A DNA stretch of 40,943 nucleotides from Candidatus Thorarchaeota archaeon (GTDB lineage: Archaea > Asgardarchaeota > Thorarchaeia > Thorarchaeales > Thorarchaeaceae), in the NCBI GenBank assembly GCA_038893995.1, contig JAWAQK010000017.1, positions 1-40,943 of the forward strand. The letters are read 5' to 3'. Under the pieces are notes generated by a model that had not been told where the DNA came from, ran no database searches, and worked only from the letters and a program-made list of their open reading frames with translations. A program made the translations under genes and the position numbers. Below are positions 18,790 to 28,098 of this stretch, piece by piece (position 1 is the first letter of the stretch; each line of letters opens with the position of its first letter).

Positions 18790-18938
18790 AGCCCTGGCAC
18801 ACGGCAGTCAGTATATCAATGTCACTCTACGTACTCGGTGCCCGGCAGCAGGTCGCTGAGGTAGTCTGCCGAAGCGAGGAGTAGTCGTCCGCACCGGCTG
18901 TGTCGAGAGTATTGCAGCAGTAAGACTGGGAGCGACTG

Positions 18939-19271
18939 TCACTCTGTTTCGTATCTGTGGGGGTCCGCAAAGAAGTCGATGACGCGTACGAACGATCTGA
19001 ACTCAGCAGAATGGATGACGCCACTGGGGATATGATATGAGTCACCGGCCCGGTAGGTCTTCACCCTGTCACCGATCTTGAGATTCAGTTCGCCCTCGAT
19101 GATCACGCCAAACTGCTCGCAGTGGGAGTGTGCAGGTATGGATACTCCCGCATCTATCTCGAAGAATACGACCTGTGAGGTGTCTCCCTGTGACACCCAT
19201 CCGCGAACACCAGGGACCGATGTCTTGACGCGTGGTAGTGCTGTAATGGACTGGGGATGGCCTCCGGACAC
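18939..19271 (-). CDS. Cupin-2 domain protein
   Basis: PAHSHCEQFG.IIEG and GDSYHIPSGVIH metal motifs. Confidence 0.9.
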   Translation of the reverse strand: MSGGHPQSITALPRVKTSVPGVRGWVSQGDTSQVVFFEIDAGVSIPAHSHCEQFGVIIEGELNLKIGDRVKTYRAGDSYHIPSGVIHSAEFRSFVRVIDFFADPHRYETE

Positions 19272-19425
19272 TTCTTACACCTGCATTCGCAGTGCACTAC
19301 AGTATGGCTTTAACCGTTCCCCCGGGGGTACTGTCCTATGCACATATCGTAGGTCCGGCTGCATGACCACGGTCGCAGACTGTACCGGCCGGGGGAATCG
19401 AGCCAGCGGTCTTTCTCGCAGTCTT

Positions 19426-21180
19426 CTACTGGCTGGAGGATCTCACGGGTATTCTCTTGCGGAGTATCAAGAGCGCGGTCATGATTGCGACTCCAACTGC
19501 AGCACCTATGACCACAACGTATGGCCAGAGACCATCCCCAGATGCTGAATTGCCATCGTCCGGAGCCTGAGCCTCGGGACGACTGTAGTACTCATTCCGA
19601 ACCAGGACGACCGTGTCCCCATCTTGGACTCTGAATGGACCGGTCGTGACAAGATCGGGTCCCGCAGGATTCCAACTAGTCCATGAGGTGGTGTAGAGCT
19701 CTGCGAGGACGCTAACTGAGAATATGGGTGTGTCGGCGATATCAATTACGTTCCAGAATGACTCTGTTGAGAACTCGACCTCTACAACGTAGTCCGAGAC
19801 TGGGTACGCGGAGACCATCTTTTCGACGTAGTAGGGATTCAGTGTGGACATGGTTGACTTTTGCCACATCAGAGAGAGAGCAACAGTTAGTGCTTTTATC
19901 CGGGTGCCTTCTGAATCGGACGATCTGTCGTATAGGTTGAAGGCAACTATCATATGACCATCCGGAACGCTTGCGTCCGTCGCGTGAGTCCTAATCGTCC
20001 ACGACTGCGCAAGGTTAGGAATGACGTAGTTCTCCGTTCCATAGGCGAGCAGGGTGTCCCAGAGCAGTGATGTGACAATGGGGGCGCCCGTGGTCATTGG
20101 GTTGAAGAGACAGGTGGTGGACTCAATTGTGGTATACAGAGTATGCCGCTCACTAGTTGGTCTCACCTTCATGTAGCTCCACCAACTTCCAAACCCTTCG
20201 AAAGGATCGTTAACGAAACCGCTAAACGCATCTCTACGATGGGCACAGATCCCGTTGCTTTGATAGAGCACAATTACAGGACATTCGACCCAGAGCAGGT
20301 GCTGCATCTCGAAAGAGATCCTGACTATCTCATCTAGCGTCGGAGACTCCAGAAGACGCTGATAGAGTTCCTCATATGTGGCATTGACGAACCGGCTCGG
20401 GTTATCGTAAGGGATTGATGCAGAGGTGTAGTGATACATCGTGGACCTGATGTCGCGATCTTCATGCGTCATAAGAATTGCGAGTTGATAGTCTCCGGCC
20501 CACAACCTTGTCCAGTAATCGGGAATGTAGCCTTCAACAATGGTGTGGTTGATATGCAGCTGTTCTAGTGCGCTGTGAAATGCAGCACCCACCCAGAAGG
20601 CCATTGCCACTATCACTTCGAGGTGGAACTGAGACCCATCCGGAGCCTCGAGGATCCCATCCCCGTTGATGTCGAGGAAGGCCGCATCGTTGAGAAGGGC
20701 TTGTGCCCTTGATATATCGCTCTCATAGTAGGTCTCGTTGAGCCTATTCTCCAGTGACAGAGGGTGACCTCTTGGAACGACCGTGTCGTGTATACTACAA
20801 TAGCCATCAGGTGCCGTATTTGCAATCTCGTTCTTGTCTAATGCCAACGCAATGGCCCTTCTAAGCGCCGTGATGTTGAGAGGATATCTCTCGCAATTTA
20901 TCAGCATCCGAGAGAGTCCGAACGGATATCTTGCAACCTCGACGTTTTCCGCAGTGGCAAGCTGGTCCCAGTAATCAAGCATTACATAGCCGCTGAACAC
21001 GTCGATATCCCCGCTGATCAGAGCGCTCACCAGATTGTCTGGTGCAGTGATTTTGGTCATCACTATCCTTTCCACACCCGGTTCTGGCACATTCTCGGTA
21101 GTCGCGCCAGACAGAGGTATGAATGTCGTCGTGATGAGGAGATTCACGACAAGCACTATTGTATAGATTCTCAACATCAT
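19426..21180 (-). CDS. ABC transporter family-5 (OppA/DppA-like) solute-binding protein, circularly permuted, with C-terminal membrane anchor
   Basis: N-terminal signal peptide, LRRAIALALDK, A..LL..A.F.DINGDG, PNLAQSW, TGPF, C-terminal TM plus basic tail. Start at ATG 21180 (track 21198). Confidence 0.8.
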   Translation of the reverse strand: MMLRIYTIVLVVNLLITTTFIPLSGATTENVPEPGVERIVMTKITAPDNLVSALISGDIDVFSGYVMLDYWDQLATAENVEVARYPFGLSRMLINCERYPLNITALRRAIALALDKNEIANTAPDGYCSIHDTVVPRGHPLSLENRLNETYYESDISRAQALLNDAAFLDINGDGILEAPDGSQFHLEVIVAMAFWVGAAFHSALEQLHINHTIVEGYIPDYWTRLWAGDYQLAILMTHEDRDIRSTMYHYTSASIPYDNPSRFVNATYEELYQRLLESPTLDEIVRISFEMQHLLWVECPVIVLYQSNGICAHRRDAFSGFVNDPFEGFGSWWSYMKVRPTSERHTLYTTIESTTCLFNPMTTGAPIVTSLLWDTLLAYGTENYVIPNLAQSWTIRTHATDASVPDGHMIVAFNLYDRSSDSEGTRIKALTVALSLMWQKSTMSTLNPYYVEKMVSAYPVSDYVVEVEFSTESFWNVIDIADTPIFSVSVLAELYTTSWTSWNPAGPDLVTTGPFRVQDGDTVVLVRNEYYSRPEAQAPDDGNSASGDGLWPYVVVIGAAVGVAIMTALLILRKRIPVRSSSQ

Positions 21181-21351
21181 GATACCATCCTCGCCCACGA
21201 TGCATGATGGTCCTGCTAAATCGGCAAATTAAGGATTTCGGGCCTAGCTCATGTGCCAGGTCCGATAGATGTGCGGTGATCCATCAGGCCCATTGGGCGT
21301 GTGTTTCTTGCGCCCACAACAGTCAATAGCCTGCCTGTCCGAGCGACGACC

Positions 21352-22581
21352 ATGAGTTCAGACGGTATCACTCTCGAGAGCACATACAACGTCTGGCGAG
21401 ACTACTACCTCGTCATTCAGGGCCTGTTCTATTTCGCTCAGGGAATCGCGATGGGCGCTCTGTTCTTCCTGACGGCGTTCTTGGACTATCTCTCGATAGA
21501 TCCATTTGGTCGAATAGTCATCCAGGCGGTGATATGGGCTCCGTGGTACCTGAAGGTCATCTTTGGTATTGTCTCCGATAGTGTCCCCATCAGACATATG
21601 GGTCGAAGGAAGCCCTACATCTTCCTTGCAGGAGTCCTGGGAGCCATAGGATGGCTCACGCTAGGTCTGCACACCGTGTTCAGCGTCCTGCTTGTGATAT
21701 CGGGTCTGTTGGCATCATTTGGGACGAGCATGGGCGACGCCGTGATCGATGCACTTGCAGTTGACATCACCCCGCCTCGACGTAGGGGTGCCATGCAGGG
21801 CGCCTCATGGGGTTCGAGAGGCCTGGGAGTGGGGATCTCCGCTGTCGCAGTGGGACTGATGGCAGATCAGAACGTCTGGTTCCTGATATACGCGGTCCCT
21901 GGCCTGTTCGTAAGCGCTGCTACGCTTCTTGTCCTCGTCTTCAGGGAGAATCCCCTAGTCTCGCGTCCGAGGGTCACTCTGTCCTCCCTTGAGTTCGGCG
22001 AACGGAGTATCCAGCTGTGCCTGGTCTTTCAGATACTCGCCGGAGCAGGTCTGGCCATTCTACCTATCATGCAGACATTTCTGCAGGAGGGAGTAGGCTT
22101 CAACAACTTCACGATCGGGATTGTGTTCATGGTCTTTTCCATCGGGATGTTCGCAGGAGCGGTCTTCTTCGGTCTGCTGGGAGATCGCATCTCTGTGAGA
22201 TACACCCTTCCTTTCACGACTGCGGCCTACGCGATGATAGTAGCCATCGTTCTCATGATCGACCTCGGAACAGTGCCGACGGCCATCGCGTTCTTCTTCG
22301 GTGTCGGACTGATAAATGGCGGCTACGAGGCCACTCAGATGCGCATCAGCATGGACTACTCCCCTCGAGCAGTCAGCGGTACCATGTACAACCTCTACAA
22401 TAGCTTGTCCAACGTCGGACAGATTGCAATCGGGGCCATAATGATAGCGTATCTGGTCGAACTGGTGGGGTCCTACCAGGTTGGTTGGCAGCTGGGATGG
22501 GTGTTCCTGTTCCTAGCCCTGATACCAGGGTATGTCCTGGTGAGGAAACATGCCGCTGTAGGTACAGAGTCGGAACACTAG
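21352..22581 (+). CDS. MFS transporter (BT1/AmpG-like)
   Basis: PWYLKVIFGIVSD...GRRKPY, DAVIDALAVD, GLLGDR, about 12 TM segments. Confidence 0.88.
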   Translation: MSSDGITLESTYNVWRDYYLVIQGLFYFAQGIAMGALFFLTAFLDYLSIDPFGRIVIQAVIWAPWYLKVIFGIVSDSVPIRHMGRRKPYIFLAGVLGAIGWLTLGLHTVFSVLLVISGLLASFGTSMGDAVIDALAVDITPPRRRGAMQGASWGSRGLGVGISAVAVGLMADQNVWFLIYAVPGLFVSAATLLVLVFRENPLVSRPRVTLSSLEFGERSIQLCLVFQILAGAGLAILPIMQTFLQEGVGFNNFTIGIVFMVFSIGMFAGAVFFGLLGDRISVRYTLPFTTAAYAMIVAIVLMIDLGTVPTAIAFFFGVGLINGGYEATQMRISMDYSPRAVSGTMYNLYNSLSNVGQIAIGAIMIAYLVELVGSYQVGWQLGWVFLFLALIPGYVLVRKHAAVGTESEH

Positions 22582-22952
22582 GTCGTCAACTGGGATACCC
22601 TGGGGGTTAGCTTCTCCTGTAGACCCGTCTGCAGGTCCCACCCACAATGCAAGGAATGGAGAAGTCGGTCAAACGCTGCGATCTGGTCTCCGTCCGACCG
22701 TATCTGACGGATGTCTTCGATCGAGCCCCTGTCGCTGAGGCGGGGGCCTGAGTCATGGATGTATCAGCTCGTTGGAAGTGGATCAGATTGGCGGCAACTG
22801 ACCGTGTCCGTTAGCCAATCGGATCGAGTGCCCCTGCTATGACTCTCCTATCCCCGCGGCGCGTGGGCAGGATCAGGGTCAAGGCGAGGGACTTGCGAAG
22901 TCGTGAGCTCGGACCTTCATGGATACACACAGGCAGATGGCACAGCGGACGA

Positions 22953-23861
22953 TCAGATACTCCTTATGGCACGGCCCAGACCGTTCCTCAGCACCTTGTC
23001 CCTCAGCTTGAGTCCCTGACCCTCAGCGATGTCGAGGAGCACGGGGACCAGCGACAGGTCGATGGACACCTCTGTGGCCAGTCTCGTGTCGGTAATGGGT
23101 TTGTCAGTAGAGGTGAGTATCTGCTTCATGTTCTCGTAGGCATATAATATCCTGCTCACCTCACTCTTGAGCTGGGCGTACGCGTTCTCCCCCGCGAGTA
23201 CATCCTCTATCACCTTACTCAGATACGAAGTGTCTGTCCTTGGACCCTCCGCGATGAACCTTCTTGAAACCATGTCAAATACGCAGATGTCTTTGAGTAC
23301 CTGTCCCTCCATCTCTTTATGGGATGCAGGAATGATGTTCACTGACTGACCCGAGAAGAGCTGCCGGATCATATCGACAAGTCCTCTGGCAGTGTCTCGT
23401 TCGCTGTGAACACAGACGACTTGCCTCCCAGTCACGGCCTGTGTCAACATCAGGCCCAGGACCTTGATCGCATCCTTTTGACGTTCGTTCAGCAGGCCCA
23501 GTACGTCACTTAGGTCAAATGCAGCCTCAGACTCGAGTCGTTCCAGCGTCTTCTCTGATACCCTTGACGCTAGATCATCCGCCATGGATGTCTCCGGATA
23601 CTCAATCCCCCTTACCCTGAGCATAGCGTCAACATATGCCACTACTGCGTGAATGGGCGCGCCGTGAATTGACACGATCGACAGAAGGCCGCCCGTCCTC
23701 TTGGAGTCCTTTCCGGTAGGGATCGCGAGGGGCACATTCTTCTTGCATGTCTCACAATACACAAAGACGGTCCTACCGTCTGCCTGTGACATCCTTGTCC
23801 ATACCTCCTGACGATCAGAGGTGATTGTCCGGTCGTGCTCTATACTGCTGATGATATCCAT
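22953..23861 (-). CDS. Hypothetical protein: N-terminal CxxC/His domain, central alpha/beta (DENN-core-like) domain, C-terminal wHTH-like segment
   Basis: YCETCKK...SIHG.P.HAVVAYVD..LRVRGIE, then TGRQVVCVHS...ICVFDM. Alternative start at ATG 23792. Confidence 0.7.
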   Translation of the reverse strand: MDIISSIEHDRTITSDRQEVWTRMSQADGRTVFVYCETCKKNVPLAIPTGKDSKRTGGLLSIVSIHGAPIHAVVAYVDAMLRVRGIEYPETSMADDLASRVSEKTLERLESEAAFDLSDVLGLLNERQKDAIKVLGLMLTQAVTGRQVVCVHSERDTARGLVDMIRQLFSGQSVNIIPASHKEMEGQVLKDICVFDMVSRRFIAEGPRTDTSYLSKVIEDVLAGENAYAQLKSEVSRILYAYENMKQILTSTDKPITDTRLATEVSIDLSLVPVLLDIAEGQGLKLRDKVLRNGLGRAIRSI

Positions 23862-23888
23862 AAAAGACTTCTACTGATGGCCTCCTGT

Positions 23889-24407
23889 TCATGAGAGACA
23901 CAGGTTCTTCAGACGAGAGACGAGCTCTTCGAAGTTCTTGCCCGTCTTTGCACTGATGATCACATAAGGTATTCCAAGATCCTTTGCCTTGTTCTCTATG
24001 TCTTCTCTGGTAACGGTGGTGGGTTCGTCCTCCTTGTTCCCCACTAGCAGCCATCTATCACGAGGGACATGTCGAATCAGTGGAATCCAGTTATCAACCT
24101 CGAACAACGACGTGATTCTTGTCATGTCCACGACTATCAGGACTGCATGCGTACCCACCAGTAGGGCGTTCTGCATGAATCTGAACTGGGGCTGGCCGCT
24201 CAGGTCAAACAACGCGACTTTCACTCGTGGTTGCCCCTCTTCGTTGGCTATCGACCATGTCTCAACGTTGAGACCGACGGTCATCATCACATCAACAAAC
24301 TCGCCTGAGGTCAGCCTTGTGGCTATTGTTGTCTTTCCTGCTGCTCCTGAGCCCACAAAGGCGACCTTCAGGATCTTCGCGCTCAATTCATGGACCCCCA
24401 GCTGCAC
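23889..24407 (-). CDS. Ras-superfamily (Rab-like) small GTPase
   Basis: G1 GSGAAGKTT, G2 TVG, G3 DLSGQ, G4 NKED, G5 SAK. Alternative TTG start at 24386. Confidence 0.93.
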   Translation of the reverse strand: MQLGVHELSAKILKVAFVGSGAAGKTTIATRLTSGEFVDVMMTVGLNVETWSIANEEGQPRVKVALFDLSGQPQFRFMQNALLVGTHAVLIVVDMTRITSLFEVDNWIPLIRHVPRDRWLLVGNKEDEPTTVTREDIENKAKDLGIPYVIISAKTGKNFEELVSRLKNLCLS

Positions 24408-24498
24408 ACATCACCAAGAGTTGCCGAGATGGGCCGATCACCAACGTCTATCACCTTCCACCACGATGACCGGCCATTACTCGGTATGCCTCCACCAA

Positions 24499-25194
24499 CT
24501 ACTTCTTCGTCCGGACGACAGCGTGAACGAGTAGAAGCGCTCCAATCACTGCTACTACCGGATGAAGGATTGACAAGGTCGGATGAAGGAGCAATGCCTG
24601 GCCCAGTGTGATGGCCAGCCAGCCCACAAGTAGCTGTAGTGCTCGCAGCCTGTAAAACGGATCGCTCTCGTTCCTCATTGCCACAAACAGGAAGATTGCA
24701 ACGTACAGGACAGTAATCAGTGCCGCGCCGATGACTATCTCATATGCGAATGGTACCACCTGCTCGAGCCTATAGTGCGAGAGTCCGTAGCTGTCAGTGT
24801 AAGTGTGAGAGGCATCACAAACAAATGGTAGGGTCAAGAAGATGCCCAGAAACACAATGCTGGTGATCAGCACGAAAGCTGAGTATCTTGACCTCCACAC
24901 CGATGCCTTGGTCTTCATAGTGGGATATGCAAAGTAGATAGACAGTGTCACGCCCATGATGCCTGTCAGTGCAATTCCGATTCTCCACAAGAGGATGTCA
25001 CCTGCTGACTGAAGGTCGAATAGTCCTCTTGAAGCGTAGGTCAGTAGCCCCGTCATGTATATTGCCATGAAGGCTGTAAATGCTAGTGTCATGGTATTCT
25101 TCTGACTGAAATACCGTTTCAACAGTACGAGCACACACACCGTGACGATTACTCCCGTGACCAAGAAGGTATAATGTAGCAGACCGAATGCCAA
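24499..25194 (-). CDS. Stand-alone seven-transmembrane protein
   Basis: Seven hydrophobic segments by eye and no cytoplasmic output domain. TTG 25194 is preceded by an AGGAGGT Shine-Dalgarno. Confidence 0.78.
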   Translation of the reverse strand: MAFGLLHYTFLVTGVIVTVCVLVLLKRYFSQKNTMTLAFTAFMAIYMTGLLTYASRGLFDLQSAGDILLWRIGIALTGIMGVTLSIYFAYPTMKTKASVWRSRYSAFVLITSIVFLGIFLTLPFVCDASHTYTDSYGLSHYRLEQVVPFAYEIVIGAALITVLYVAIFLFVAMRNESDPFYRLRALQLLVGWLAITLGQALLLHPTLSILHPVVAVIGALLLVHAVVRTKK

Positions 25195-25240
25195 GTCGTC
25201 AGACCTCCTAGTGTTGTGTGGCTGAGCTTCCTCACACTCA

Positions 25241-25247
25241 CTTAAAT
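25241..25247 (-). promoter_or_regulatory. Putative TATA box for the 7TM gene
   Basis: ATTTAAG on the minus strand about 47 bp upstream of the TTG start. Confidence 0.4.
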
Positions 25248-25364
25248 CACATTCTGATGTATGGGCCGGACTTGCCCGTATGTCGTGTGACATCTACTCT
25301 GCGCGTCTCTATGCTCTCTGCAGATTCGGAAAGGGAGCACTTAGACGTGAGTTGACATCTCCGC

Positions 25365-25817
25365 CTATGTGCGAAACCCGGCCGGTTGTGAACGCCACAT
25401 CATCAGTGCCTCCCACACCGAGAAGGCCAGTGCTGCCATCAGTGTCAAGATCAACAGCACATCCAGCGGTGTGGGGCTGAATCCAAACACAAGAAGATAC
25501 CCAATCAACTCAGCCGAGAAGAATGTCGCGTAGAATAGGTAGCGGGGCATCATGAAGCGGCCTCGTCCCAGAAAGAACCGAAGAGCCCCAATCTTGATCT
25601 GCCGTGCGACACGGTATCCTCCCTCCGGAGACATCTCGACTAGTCCAAGATCCTTGAGCTTGTTGAGATGGTACAGCGCGAGGCTTGGACTGGACAGATG
25701 GAGCCTCCTCTGGACCTCACGCAGGGTCATCTGATCGTCATTCTTCATGAGCTCAAAATACACCCTGAGGGTCGTTTCCTTGACTTCTTCGACGATCTGT
25801 CCATCATCAGATGCCAT
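25365..25817 (-). CDS. Membrane-anchored winged-HTH regulator
   Basis: TTLRVY...REVQRRLHLSSPSLALYHLNKLKDLGLV, PRYLFYATFF, two C-terminal TMs. AGGTGA Shine-Dalgarno before ATG 25817. Confidence 0.82.
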   Translation of the reverse strand: MASDDGQIVEEVKETTLRVYFELMKNDDQMTLREVQRRLHLSSPSLALYHLNKLKDLGLVEMSPEGGYRVARQIKIGALRFFLGRGRFMMPRYLFYATFFSAELIGYLLVFGFSPTPLDVLLILTLMAALAFSVWEALMMWRSQPAGFRT

Positions 25818-26147
25818 GGCATCACCTTCATCCGCGACTGTCGCTGTGGGTGGGCTATCCGTCTCCTCCTTTCGGTCTACCGTCCGCATGTTGGATCGTC
25901 AAGCTGTCTGGCACGTGACCCCAGGGCGCCTTGACGTGGCACAGATCGCGACCATGAATGGGCTGTCCGGGGCCTCGGCACCAATTCTGCACCAGTCACG
26001 ACTGGCGCCTTCATTCTCGCCTCGCTCCTGACCCGCAGGGCCGTGAGGATGCACTGCGACTGGATGCACAAGCTGCAGATGTATCTGAGGCTCTCTGCTG
26101 ATCATCTTGGCCAGCAAGACGACTACAGGCACAAGGAGAGATAAGCT

Positions 26148-27344
26148 TTAGCGGGTCGAGGTACTGTCCCGGCTCTGGCCACCCGTGACTCGGCGCCTTG
26201 CCAGGCCGTACACAAAGGCAGCAACGGTCAGAGCCACGACTGTGGTGACGAGAACATCCCGGATACTAGATGGTTGCCCAAGGTCGAAGAGATCCTCCAG
26301 CGAGAACATTCTTCTGAAGATTCCCGGTCTGCTGCCGTCAAAGGCATCTCCATAGTACTCAACCAGTTGTGCCCCCCTGAGCGGGAACGCCCATGATAGC
26401 TGAAACAGGAGCCTAGTGTCATACGGAGATAACGACACCTGTACGAGCCGAAGATGACTCTCTATCTGGTCACTATACAGGACGTCGATACTCTCCCTGG
26501 CCGCAACCCGCTGATACACGACTTCTGGTCGACTCACACCCACAGTCGTAACTGCACCGCCATCCAGGTGCAGGTACCTGAAGGTGAGCACCTCGCCTGT
26601 GACTGCATCAACCTTGGCGAACACACCCTCGTAGTCGGGATCCAAGAGCAGGTCTCCATGGACTATACCGAGTCTGAAGGTGTAATACGTGCCAGAGTCC
26701 TCTGCAGCTGTCTGAGCACACTCGATCAGCCTAGTGTTTGCTGGAATCTTGTAACCGTGCAGAGTCATGAAGTCAATGAGTCGCTCCTCAATGACGCTCT
26801 GAGCTGCTGGAGTTGTATCATTGTTGATGGGTCTCTGCCCGAGTATGTCGGCGGCCTCGGGACTCCGCATCACAGCGTACTCGAGCACCCTGCCCGAAAC
26901 GCCATTGATAATGGTAGTCACCAAGAGCTCGTGATCCGCCACCTTTCCCATCCACCGGACCGAGATCGACTGTCTGTAGCCATCCAGAGTGGCAGCAGGT
27001 GATCTGTCGAGGTAGTCCTTGTAGGCCTCGGGAATGAACTGCCAGGAGATGTTCAGGGCCTCTTGTCTCGAGATGACCCTGTCCGGGGTTGAGTATCTGA
27101 ACTCGAGAATGCGTGGTCTGTCTCGAATCTGGACGAACTGGCCGCGGAATATGACCCTGTCCGGCTCGTCATTCACAAGACTGCCAAACGACAGTTCCCC
27201 AACGGGCACTCCTGGCAGCCTCGTGTCGCCCGGCCCGGCGCTGGCTACGTAGTAGACAAATATGACGACACCGAAACCTGAGCTGAAGAAGAGAAGGAGG
27301 AGCACTGTGAGCATGAGTCCAGATCGAAACAGGGCCGCCTTCAT
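26148..27344 (-). CDS. Doubly membrane-anchored extracellular protein with PepSY/YcdB-like repeats
   Basis: N- and C-terminal TMs, with repeats ISRQEAL...INGVSGRVL, VDAVTGEVL, GDAFDG. Start 27344 or 27362. Confidence 0.65.
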   Translation of the reverse strand: MKAALFRSGLMLTVLLLLFFSSGFGVVIFVYYVASAGPGDTRLPGVPVGELSFGSLVNDEPDRVIFRGQFVQIRDRPRILEFRYSTPDRVISRQEALNISWQFIPEAYKDYLDRSPAATLDGYRQSISVRWMGKVADHELLVTTIINGVSGRVLEYAVMRSPEAADILGQRPINNDTTPAAQSVIEERLIDFMTLHGYKIPANTRLIECAQTAAEDSGTYYTFRLGIVHGDLLLDPDYEGVFAKVDAVTGEVLTFRYLHLDGGAVTTVGVSRPEVVYQRVAARESIDVLYSDQIESHLRLVQVSLSPYDTRLLFQLSWAFPLRGAQLVEYYGDAFDGSRPGIFRRMFSLEDLFDLGQPSSIRDVLVTTVVALTVAAFVYGLARRRVTGGQSRDSTSTR

Positions 27345-27725
27345 GTTTTCTGCCGTATACATATGTGCACGACCCCGATATGATTCTACCTTTAGAGCTT
27401 CTACCGAGAAGCATTTCTAAACTGTCTCTGCGAGATCATAAGAGACCCAAGGATGAAACGTCCCCTTGAGCGTACGGTGTCTGTATCTTGCACGAGACCG
27501 TTGGGAGCTTCAGGACGATCATCTGGTCGGGTTCCGTGAATGACACAGCCGACGCAGTCAGTGTATGCTGCGGATATCCAGCGTCGCCGTCCAATCTGTT
27601 CACGTTTGGGCGAGTCTTCGGCCTCCGGCTGGTATCAATGTCTCCGGAAAGTACTTCACGATGGAAGTCGCGTCCTGACTCACTCCCCAACTGTAGATCC
27701 GCCGAAGAGGAGTTATTGTGGGATG

Positions 27726-27755
27726 GGTCCTCGCGAATCCCACGTCGCGAGGACC
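27726..27755. repeat. Perfect 11-bp inverted repeat (hairpin)
   Basis: GGTCCTCGCGA-ATCCCACG-TCGCGAGGACC. Confidence 0.85.
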
Positions 27756-28098
27756 TGCGCTGCCGGAGCGAACGAAACTCCTACCGATGTCCCATGTACT
27801 TCCGCCCATCAGACATCCGTCTGACTACTACGTTGGATGTATCATCATGATATGATTCTACGTTTTGAGCTGCCCCTCTGCGCTCTCTGGTCAGTGCATC
27901 GACGAGCCCGGAGGGCGAAGGGGCGATCGGCCAATGAGTCTCACTCTCGCGGTCAGAATGTGTCTCGTCAATGTGCGTTGTCCCTGCTCTCTCGTCAGGC
28001 AGTATCCGAGCGTCACCAAGTAGCTCCAAGGCCAATTCCTGACCGAGGGATTCCCGAGTGATGCGTCGGGACCGCCTCCACTGCACGTTGGAGGTGTT

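Noticed and set aside
23889-23903. Prenylation signal on the GTPase (C-terminal LCLS)
   Set aside because: The Cys is third from the end, which is not CAAX, CC or CXC, and there is no hypervariable linker.
27363-28098. SRP RNA, RNase P RNA or protein-coding ORFs in the large gap
   Set aside because: I did not see their signature motifs on either strand, and the overlapping short ORFs have no recognisable protein features.
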